Of a stretch of DNA of 24,000 nt, positions 14,489 to 20,707 are shown piece after piece (the stretch's first letter is position 1; each line of letters opens with the position of its first letter). The notes under the pieces are model-generated. The model was not told where the DNA came from. It saw only the letters and a program-made list of their open reading frames with translations, and made no database searches. Source of the stretch: Micropruina sp. (GTDB taxonomy: Bacteria > Actinomycetota > Actinomycetes > Propionibacteriales > Propionibacteriaceae); NCBI GenBank assembly GCA_016716635.1, contig JADJVZ010000011.1, positions 1,448,585 through 1,472,584 on the forward strand. Reading direction: 5' to 3'. The translations under genes and the position numbers were made by a program.

Positions 14489-15210
14489 CGGGCGAGGGCC
14501 TCGGCCTGCATCCGCGTGAGGTCGGCGCAGCCGGCGACCCCGAGGTCGAGCAGCGCGTCGAGGGTGGCGCGCTTGAACGTGCCGTGTTCGGCGGTGCCCT
14601 GCACTTCGACGAACTCCCCCGCGCCGTTGACGACAATGTTCATATCGACCTCGGCGGTGGAGTCTTCGGTGTAGCAAAGATCCAGCATCGGGATGCCGTC
14701 CACGATGCCAACGCTGACAGCCGCGACCGAATCGAGCAGCGGTTCGCCGGCCAGGGCGCCCTTGGCGCGCAGCCAGGACACGGCGTCCGCGAGAGCCACG
14801 TAGGCGCCGGTGATCGAGGCCGTGCGGGTGCCGCCATCAGCCTGCAGCACGTCGCAGTCGAGGACGATGGTGTTCTCCCCGAGCGCCTTGTAGTCGATGA
14901 CAGCGCGCAGCGAGCGTCCGATGAGGCGGGAAATCTCGTGCGTGCGTCCGCCGATCTTGCCCTTGATGCTCTCGCGGGCAGACCGGTCGTGGGTCGCACG
15001 CGGCAGCATGGCGTACTCCGAGGTCACCCAGCCGAGGCCCGAGCCCCGCCGCCACGGCGGGACGCCGACGGTGACGCTCGCGGCGACCAGCACGCGGGTC
15101 TTGCCGTATTCGACGAGCACCGATCCCTCGGCGTGGTCGAGCCAGTTGCGCGTGATGGTGATGGGGCGGAGCTGATCGGGACGGCGACCGTCCGCGCGAG
15201 TTTCGGGCAT
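14485..15210 (-). CDS. rph: Ribonuclease PH
   Basis: [42 protein letters not shown]...[14 protein letters not shown]...[16 protein letters not shown]...[20 protein letters not shown] trimmed the 425-aa track ORF to ATG 15208-15210. Confidence 0.9.
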   Translation of the reverse strand: MPETRADGRRPDQLRPITITRNWLDHAEGSVLVEYGKTRVLVAASVTVGVPPWRRGSGLGWVTSEYAMLPRATHDRSARESIKGKIGGRTHEISRLIGRSLRAVIDYKALGENTIVLDCDVLQADGGTRTASITGAYVALADAVSWLRAKGALAGEPLLDSVAAVSVGIVDGIPMLDLCYTEDSTAEVDMNIVVNGAGEFVEVQGTAEHGTFKRATLDALLDLGVAGCADLTRMQAEALAR

Positions 15211-15258
15211 GGGGTTGAGCTTACTTGGCCGCCCGCCCAGGGCGGCTAAGGTGACGCC

Positions 15259-15843
15259 GTGGCGACGTTCACCAGGGCCCAACTCGAGGCCACCCGCGAT
15301 GCTGTGCTGCCGGACATCCTTCCGGACGGTCCGCTGCGGCTGCTGTTCGTCGGCATCAATCCCGGGCTCTGGACGACGGCGGCCCAAGCGCCCTTCGCGC
15401 GTCCGGGCAACCGGTTCTGGCCCGCGCTCGCGGCCGCCGGACTCACGTGCCACCTCGTCGACGCGTCCGGCGGGCTCTCCCCTGTCGACCGCGCCGACTT
15501 GCTCGGACGCGGGATCGGCTTCACCAACATCGCGCCCCGGACGACCGCACGTGCGGACGAACTGACGCGTGAGGAACTGCGGGCCGGGGGCGAGGCGCTG
15601 CGGTCGTTGGTCAGAACGCGGCGCCCGGCCGTTGTCGCCGTCCTCGGCGTGACGGCGTATCGCACGGCGTTCGGCGTCGCCGTGAAGCAAGGGCGCCAGG
15701 ACGAACCCTTCGAGGGCTCGGTGCTGTGGGTGCTGGGCAATCCGTCCGGGCTCAACGCCCACGAAACGGTGGCCTCGCTCGCCGCGACCTACGGCGCAGC
15801 GGCCAGAGAAGCGGGCGTTCTGCCGGAGTCAGCCGCGGTGTAG
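15259..15843 (+). CDS. mug: G/U mismatch-specific uracil-DNA glycosylase (UDG family 2, Mug-like)
   Basis: [27 protein letters not shown] and [11 protein letters not shown] are the family-2 UDG motifs (GINPG, NPSGLN). GTG start at 15259. Its 3' end overlaps the convergent HAD gene by 15 nt. Confidence 0.8.
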   Translation: MATFTRAQLEATRDAVLPDILPDGPLRLLFVGINPGLWTTAAQAPFARPGNRFWPALAAAGLTCHLVDASGGLSPVDRADLLGRGIGFTNIAPRTTARADELTREELRAGGEALRSLVRTRRPAVVAVLGVTAYRTAFGVAVKQGRQDEPFEGSVLWVLGNPSGLNAHETVASLAATYGAAAREAGVLPESAAV

Positions 15844-16503
15844 CCGCGCGAGCAGCTGTTCCAGGGTTGCCGCGGGGTCGCCCAGGTAGCCATTCGTGAT
15901 GGCGGTCGCCTCGGCGGGCAGAATCTTGAGCCCGCTCTGGCGGGCCAGCGTCACCGCCCCGGCCGCACGTCCGGCCGCGAGGCCCTGGCGGGAATCTTCG
16001 ATCACCAGGCAGCGGCGAACATCGGCGCCGAGCGCGCGGGCCGCGCCGAGAAAGACGTCCGGCGCTGGCTTGCTGGACAGGGCGGAGCCACTGAAACTCA
16101 GGTCGAAATACGGCGCGAGGTGGAACGTCTTGAGGGCCAGAGCGATGTTCGTGAGGTCGGCCGAGGAGGCTACGGCCTGCGGAATGCCGCGTTCTTGCAG
16201 CCAGGCGAACCAGCGCTCGACGCCGGGAAACGGCTTGGTTTCTGTGGCCATGCCCGCGCGGAAGAGCTCCTCCTTTTCGGCGCTCAACTCGTGCGCCAGC
16301 TCGGGTGCCACCGGCCCACCCAAGAAGATCTCGAGGCTGCCGGCGTTGTTCATCCCGAAACAGCGGACGAAGAGGGCGCGGTCGAAATTCGGCGCTCGTC
16401 CGCGGAGGGTCGTCCGCCAAGTCTGGAAGTGCCACTCTTCGGTGTCGATGAAGGTGCCGTCCATGTCCCAGAGCACCGCGGTGCGGCGGGGCGAGGAAGA
16501 CAT
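15829..16503 (-). CDS. HAD-superfamily hydrolase (beta-phosphoglucomutase-like subfamily IA)
   Basis: VLWDMDGTFIDTE (DxDGT motif I), AVASSA (motif II region) and KPAPDVFLGAARALG...CLVIEDSRQGLAAGRAAG (motifs III/IV). I trimmed the track ORF to ATG 16501-16503. Confidence 0.8.
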   Translation of the reverse strand: MSSSPRRTAVLWDMDGTFIDTEEWHFQTWRTTLRGRAPNFDRALFVRCFGMNNAGSLEIFLGGPVAPELAHELSAEKEELFRAGMATETKPFPGVERWFAWLQERGIPQAVASSADLTNIALALKTFHLAPYFDLSFSGSALSSKPAPDVFLGAARALGADVRRCLVIEDSRQGLAAGRAAGAVTLARQSGLKILPAEATAITNGYLGDPAATLEQLLARLHRG

Positions 16504-16535
16504 GGCGGTCAGCCTACGACACGCTTTGCCGCACG

Positions 16536-16551
16536 ATACCCCCCGGGGTAT
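16536..16551. promoter_or_regulatory. Perfect palindrome overlapping a -10-like hexamer, upstream of the small Cys-rich gene
   Basis: ATACCCC-CC-GGGGTAT has 7-bp perfect arms. Its right arm overlaps TATATT (16549-16554), which is 35 nt upstream of ATG 16589. It lies in the 85-bp divergent region shared with the HAD gene. Confidence 0.35.
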
Positions 16552-16588
16552 ATTTGGCGAAACGTTACCCCACCATCTGGAGTCGAAA

Positions 16589-16759
16589 ATGTGTCGTCCG
16601 GTCGCCTGTCGTACCTGCGGAAAGACCACCTGGGCCGGTTGCGGCCAGCACGTCGCGATGGTGAAGGCCTCCGTGCCCGCCTCCCAATGGTGCTCGGGTC
16701 ACGCCAACGAAGCGCCCGCAGCCTCCGGCGGCATGTTCAGCAAACTCTTCGGCCGGTGA
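16589..16759 (+). CDS. Small cysteine-rich protein (56 aa), conserved actinobacterial hypothetical
   Basis: MCRPVACRTCGKTTWAGCGQHVAMVKASVPASQWCSGHANEAPAASGGMFSKLFGR. Cys at positions 2, 7, 10, 18 and 35; His at 22 and 38. GGAG (16578-16581) lies 7 nt before the ATG. The stop TGA 16757-16759 overlaps the GTG 16756 of the rhodanese gene. I recall MCxPxxCxTCGKTTWxGCGxHV-type N-termini in other actinobacteria, but this is unverified. Confidence 0.55.
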   Translation: MCRPVACRTCGKTTWAGCGQHVAMVKASVPASQWCSGHANEAPAASGGMFSKLFGR

Positions 16760-17193
16760 GGTCCGCCCGGGCGTTTGCCGGGATCGCCGTCGCGTTAGCG
16801 CTCGCCTTGGCGGGGTGCTCCCCCGCGGCCACAGTCGGCACCACGTCCGGGCCCACCGCCACCGCAGCCCCTAGCGTCGGAGCGGCGCTCCATGCGTCCG
16901 ACTTTGCGGCGGCCTTGAAGCGTTCCGGCACGGTCCTGATCGACGTCCGCACACCCGCCGAGTTCGCGTCGGGGCACCTGCCGGGAGCCATCAACCTCGA
17001 CCTCACCGGCGGTACGTTCGCGGCGCAGTTGGGCTCGCTGGCAAAGGACACCACCTACGCCCTCTACTGCCACAGCGGAAACCGGTCAGGCACGGCCTTG
17101 TCCATGATGACCAGCTCCGGCTTCACCTCGGCCTACCACTTGGCCGGTGGCATCACCGCCTGGACCAACGCCCACGGCGACACCGTCACCTAG
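16756..17193 (+). CDS. Rhodanese-domain lipoprotein (sulfurtransferase-like)
   Basis: The real CDS is the 3' part of the track ORF 16120..17193, starting at GTG 16756. Signal/lipobox FAGIAVALALALAGCS. Rhodanese body VLIDVRTPAEFASGHLPGAINLD with active-site loop YCHSGNRS. Confidence 0.8.
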   Translation: MRSARAFAGIAVALALALAGCSPAATVGTTSGPTATAAPSVGAALHASDFAAALKRSGTVLIDVRTPAEFASGHLPGAINLDLTGGTFAAQLGSLAKDTTYALYCHSGNRSGTALSMMTSSGFTSAYHLAGGITAWTNAHGDTVT

Positions 17194-17409
17194 GCAGCGC
17201 TGAGCCTGGCCTCGGTCAATGATCCTTCGGCCGGGGACGGACGCCAACAACGAAACGGCGTTGGTCGACAAGCTGGCACCCACCGCCGTGTGCCGCTGAC
17301 AAGCGGTGATGAGAATGGCCGCAGCGACGAGTGCGGCACATCCGTTGCTGGCGGCCTGCAAGGCGCGCGCAGGGCCTGGTTTGGCACCACCAGATGGAAC
17401 AGTGGCTTC

Positions 17410-18033
17410 ATGGAGCCGTGGCACGTCACTTACTTGTATCCCGATGGGTACCTGCAAGCTGTCGTGCCCTTCTGGGGCCTCCACCGCGACGGCGTGATTG
17501 CCGGGTGGACGATCGACGGGAGCCGGATCCAATACTGGGCGACGACCGACGGGAACGACCCGAGATCGGTGCCGTTGAAGGAACGCTTCGGGCCTGATCT
17601 CACCTCCGCACCCCGTACGTGGACCGGCACGATGTTCCGCCTCTTTCGTCCTCACGAACCGTGGCAACTGCTGCACTTCTTCGCCCCGGACGGCACTTTC
17701 AGCCATTGGTACGTCGACTTCGAGACGCCCAAGACTCCCGACGGCCACGGCGGGTGGAGGACAACCGACCTCGAACTCGACCTGGTCATTCGCCCGGACC
17801 TCAGTGCGGAGTGGAAGGACGAGGACGAGTTCGCCGTCGCCCGACAGCAGGATTACCTGGACGAAGTGGCTGTCGCGGCCATGCTCCCCGTGGCGGAGGC
17901 GATCTTCCGCGATCCCGGGACCTTCATCCGATCGCTCCCCGATTGGCGCGACTTCCCAGGATCAACCGGATTGCCACCCTTGGACCTGCCGCCCGACGCG
18001 GCTTGGCAGCCTCTCGTTCGCCCGCGCCCCTGA
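17410..18033 (+). CDS. DUF402 domain protein (FomD/nucleoside di/triphosphatase-like family)
   Basis: HWYVDFETPKTP...TTDLELDLVIRPDLSAEWKDEDEFAVARQQDYL is the typical DUF402 core. I prefer ATG 17410 (MEPWHVTYLYPDGY). The track start GTG 17290 would add 40 aa with no recognisable character, but I cannot exclude it. Confidence 0.6.
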   Translation: MEPWHVTYLYPDGYLQAVVPFWGLHRDGVIAGWTIDGSRIQYWATTDGNDPRSVPLKERFGPDLTSAPRTWTGTMFRLFRPHEPWQLLHFFAPDGTFSHWYVDFETPKTPDGHGGWRTTDLELDLVIRPDLSAEWKDEDEFAVARQQDYLDEVAVAAMLPVAEAIFRDPGTFIRSLPDWRDFPGSTGLPPLDLPPDAAWQPLVRPRP

Positions 18034-18036
18034 TCG

Positions 18037-18891
18037 CTACTTGGTAACGAGGGCGAAGAGTTCCCCAACGGCCAGCGTGCTGTTGCCCGTATGGGTCGCC
18101 GTGATCACGCCCGTCTCGCCGGCTGCCGTCCACGTCACTCGCCACCGCGTGGTCGCTGACACCGGATAGTCCGGCCCAGGCCGCGACGGCTCCGCGTAGG
18201 TGTACCCACACGTCGGAGATGCCGACCCCGGCGCGACCGATGCGGTGTACGGGGTCACGGCCGTGCACGTTTGGCTGTGCCCATCGCCCAGCGTGAACAC
18301 CGTCGACGTCCGCTCCGCCCGCAGCGTGAACGTGTACCCATACGCCTGCGTCGTTGCCGACAGGTCGTCGGGACCCTCCGTCCACAGCCACACCGGATAC
18401 CCCACCGGTATCATCTGCCACTCGTTCGCTGACGGATCCGGACCCACCTGCGGCGTCGGATCCGGCAGCTTCAGCCGGACCACAACCATCCGCGCCACCT
18501 CCGCCACCGATGGACCCACGGGAGTCGGACCAGCCGTGGCGACCGGGATGGGCGCGTCCGGAGGCAGCGGCAACTGCGCACACTCCGCATACCTCGCCCA
18601 CACGGAGTTGTTGGTGCAATCCCCCGACGAACCCGCCGGAATCACCAATTCGTCCCTCAATGCAGAGACCGGCCCGGTCTCCCTCGTAGGTCGTGTCGAG
18701 TCGGAATTCCCCGACGGATTGTTGCCCGATTCGGGCAAGGTACCCCATGCGGCGAGGCCTGAAAGGTTGCCTCCCTGGTTTGAAATCTCCGTCTTAACGG
18801 GAACGGTCGGATCTGCGATTGCCGTGCTCGGCGAGAACACGGTCCCCGCAAGCAGGACGCAAGTACCCACGACTGTCACGCGCCAACGCAT
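18037..18891 (-). CDS. Secreted hypothetical protein (signal peptide; low-complexity linker; Cys-containing beta-rich C-terminal domain)
   Basis: Start chosen at ATG 18889-18891, giving MRWRVTVVGTCVLLAGTVFSPSTAIA (Sec signal, AxA). The C-terminal part is PVGYPVWLWTEG...FTLGDGHSQTC...SPTCGYTYAEPS...TTRWRVTWTAAGETG. Overlaps the upstream lipoprotein gene by 16 nt. Hand-counted GC is about 63%. Confidence 0.55.
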   Translation of the reverse strand: MRWRVTVVGTCVLLAGTVFSPSTAIADPTVPVKTEISNQGGNLSGLAAWGTLPESGNNPSGNSDSTRPTRETGPVSALRDELVIPAGSSGDCTNNSVWARYAECAQLPLPPDAPIPVATAGPTPVGPSVAEVARMVVVRLKLPDPTPQVGPDPSANEWQMIPVGYPVWLWTEGPDDLSATTQAYGYTFTLRAERTSTVFTLGDGHSQTCTAVTPYTASVAPGSASPTCGYTYAEPSRPGPDYPVSATTRWRVTWTAAGETGVITATHTGNSTLAVGELFALVTK

Positions 18892-19463
18892 GTCGTCACC
18901 CCAGAACCATCCGCGCCCCAAACCTTGAGGGCCCCATCCAGCTTCACGAAGTACAACACGTCTCTTGTCATTGTCCCCGGCGTCATGGGCGTAGGCCCCT
19001 TGTAGGCAGTCCCCTTGGTCTGGTCAGTGCAGGACACTAGCGAAACCACTGACGCGCCCTTGGACACCCCTGGATTCCGGCGGAGGACCGCCAAAGAAAC
19101 TTCCCCCCGAACCTCCCAACCACTCTCGGCTTGTTGCTTGAACTGTCTTAAGTTGTCGTCCTTGAACGGTCCGGTCGTCACCTCGTCAAGGACTGGAGTG
19201 CTGGTCAAGGTCCCACCTGACTTCCAAAGCCGGACTCGCTCGTCGAAGTACTTTCGGTAGACCGCCTCGGCTTCGGCGTAGAGGGCGTCCTTGGCGACCA
19301 TGGCGTCGTGGTCGGCCTTGGAGCAGGGAGCCGGAGGGCCGCCGGCCTCGGGGGTGCATTGGAGGACGGGCGTTGGCGAGGCTGTCACTGCGGGCGTCGG
19401 GGTGCAGGCGGCGAGCATTCCCAAAGCGACAAGGACGATCGGCAACGATCTGACTCTCGGCAT
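18876..19463 (-). CDS. Lipoprotein, hypothetical (possible NTF2-like C-terminal fold)
   Basis: MPRVRSLPIVLVALGMLAACTP carries the lipobox LAAC. GAGGAG lies 8 nt upstream of the ATG. The layout TTGPFKDDNLRQFKQQAESGWEVRGEVSL...VVSLVSCTD...RDVLYFVKLDGALKV resembles NTF2-like lipoproteins; this is inference only. Hand-counted GC is about 53-62% per row, the lowest coding GC in the window. Confidence 0.55.
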   Translation of the reverse strand: MPRVRSLPIVLVALGMLAACTPTPAVTASPTPVLQCTPEAGGPPAPCSKADHDAMVAKDALYAEAEAVYRKYFDERVRLWKSGGTLTSTPVLDEVTTGPFKDDNLRQFKQQAESGWEVRGEVSLAVLRRNPGVSKGASVVSLVSCTDQTKGTAYKGPTPMTPGTMTRDVLYFVKLDGALKVWGADGSGVTTCVGA

Positions 19464-19570
19464 GGGGGGTGCTCCTCGAGACGAACCAGTGGCCCGAGTT
19501 TGGCACGCAAGAGTGTCGCCATGCCCCTCCTTCCAAGAAATCTGTGGATAACTAAGGAAGGAATGCGCAA

Positions 19571-20388
19571 TTATTCGGCGGTGGTCGTCCAGATCTGCTC
19601 GACGTCGCGGACGAAACCGTCCATGAGCCGACGGCCGAGGGTCTCGAAGCGGTCCGCATTACCGGTGGTGAGGAACTCTCGGGATGCTCGCCGCGGCTCG
19701 TCATGCAGCAAATGGGCGTCCGTGAGCTCGTGGTAGGTCGAGCGCGCACACTCGTCCGCGGACGACACCAGCGTCACGTCATCGCCCATCACGTATCCGA
19801 TCACGCCCGCCAACAGGGGGTAATGGGTGCAGCCCAGAATGAGGGTGTCGACGCCTTCGCGTTTCAACGGTTCGAGATAACCGCGCGCCACCTGCAGCAA
19901 CTCCGGACCACCGGTCACCCCGCGCTCGACGTAATCGACGAACAGCGGGCAGGCGCCGTGAACAACTCCACCCCGGGCACCGCGGCCACGGCGTCGTCGT
20001 AGCTCTTCGACGTCGCGGTCGCCTCGGTGCAGACGACCCCGATGCGGCCGTCACGGGTGGTGCGGACGGCCCGCCGCGCCGCCGGCAGAATCACCTCGAC
20101 CACCGGGACCTCGTAGCGCTCGCGGGCATCGCGAAGCACCGCCGACGACGCCGAGTTGCACGCGATAACGAGGGATTTCACGCCGCGATCCACCAGGTGA
20201 TCCAGGCATTCGAGGGCGTATTCGCGCACCTCCGAGATGCTGCGGACGCCGTAGGGGGCCCGGGCTGTGTCGCCCAGATAAATGATGTCCTCGTTCGGCA
20301 GCTGGTCGACGATCGCGCGCGCCACGGTGAGGCCGCCGAAGCCGGAATCGAAGATTCCGATCGGCAGGTCGAGGCGGGGTTCGGTCAC
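19571..20388 (-). pseudogene. murI: Glutamate racemase interrupted by a 1-nt frameshift (two ORFs: 19915..20388 and 19571..19918)
   Basis: The N-terminal ORF has [17 protein letters not shown]...[12 protein letters not shown]...[10 protein letters not shown] (first catalytic Cys). The C-terminal ORF has GVDTLILGCTHYPLL (second catalytic Cys). The conserved [20 protein letters not shown] block is encoded in the downstream frame upstream of that ORF's GTG. The minus strand reads TTC ACG GCG CC TGC CCG CTG, so one base is missing near plus coordinates 19951-19957. Confidence 0.8.
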
Positions 20389-20398
20389 GGGCCGAAGT

Positions 20399-20707
20399 CT
20401 AGTCGCGGACGTCCGCCGCGGACGCTCGCCGCAGCGTCAACGCCACCAGCACCGGCCCCGAGCGATCCTTGGACGGTCCGCTCGCACCGCACCCGGGGGC
20501 ATCGTCCACGCCGGACGCACAACTGCCGCAGCCCCCCGAGGGGCACCCCACAGACAGTTGTTTGGCCTCCAAGCGCCCCATGCGGACGAGGTGATCGACG
20601 GACGCCGACACCACCGACGGCGCCAGGCCGGTGCGCTGCGCCACTTCGGCCAGGGAGCCAGCACCGCCCGCGAAGGCGTCCAACACGGCGGTTAACGGCT
20701 TGCTCAC
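20399..20707 (-). CDS. feoC: FeoC-like winged-helix protein with Cys cluster
   Basis: The real CDS is the 3' part of the track ORF 20399..21319. GTG 20705-20707 overlaps the feoB stop TGA 20704-20706. [44 protein letters not shown] forms the wHTH, followed by [19 protein letters not shown] (4 Cys), as in Fe-S-binding FeoC proteins. Confidence 0.6.
   Translation of the reverse strand: MSKPLTAVLDAFAGGAGSLAEVAQRTGLAPSVVSASVDHLVRMGRLEAKQLSVGCPSGGCGSCASGVDDAPGCGASGPSKDRSGPVLVALTLRRASAADVRD

Noticed and set aside
15228-15246. GCCGCCC-gccca-GGGCGGC hairpin between rph and mug, considered as a terminator
   Set aside because: It lies between two divergent starts, not after a stop, so it cannot act as a terminator. 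It could be an operator or a 5'-UTR element but has no other support. It is mentioned under the nucleotide-hygiene finding only.
14489-15762. 5' extensions of the rdgB ORF (to 14677) and the rph ORF (to 15762)
   Set aside because: The extensions overlap the preceding genes or the mug gene, are Arg-rich and have no homology-like character. Internal ATGs give canonical RdgB ([14 protein letters not shown]) and RNase PH ([16 protein letters not shown]) N-termini with ATGA coupling.
16120-16755. 5' part of the 357-aa plus ORF, and the 287-aa ORF 15896..16759
   Set aside because: They are antisense to the HAD hydrolase gene. Only their 3' ends are real, and these are two separate small genes (the Cys-rich protein from ATG 16589 and the rhodanese from GTG 16756), each with its own start signal.
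17194-17409. 216-bp gap or possible 40-aa N-terminal extension of the DUF402 gene; possible ncRNA
   Set aside because: I found no convincing hairpin, terminator or conserved RNA motif. The extension from GTG 17290 has moderately high GC3 but no protein-like features. The evidence is insufficient either way, so I report the shorter CDS and flag the uncertainty.
19385-19522. Small minus-strand ORF (MATLLRAKLGPLVRLEEHPPC...) preceded by a strong GGAAGGAGGGG Shine-Dalgarno-like run
   Set aside because: The SD-to-ATG spacing is only about 3-4 nt, the ORF overlaps the lipoprotein start out of frame, and the peptide looks non-native. The purine run also forms one arm of a TCCTTCC/GGAAGGA inverted repeat after the murI stop, which explains its presence better. 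Ribosome profiling could revisit this.
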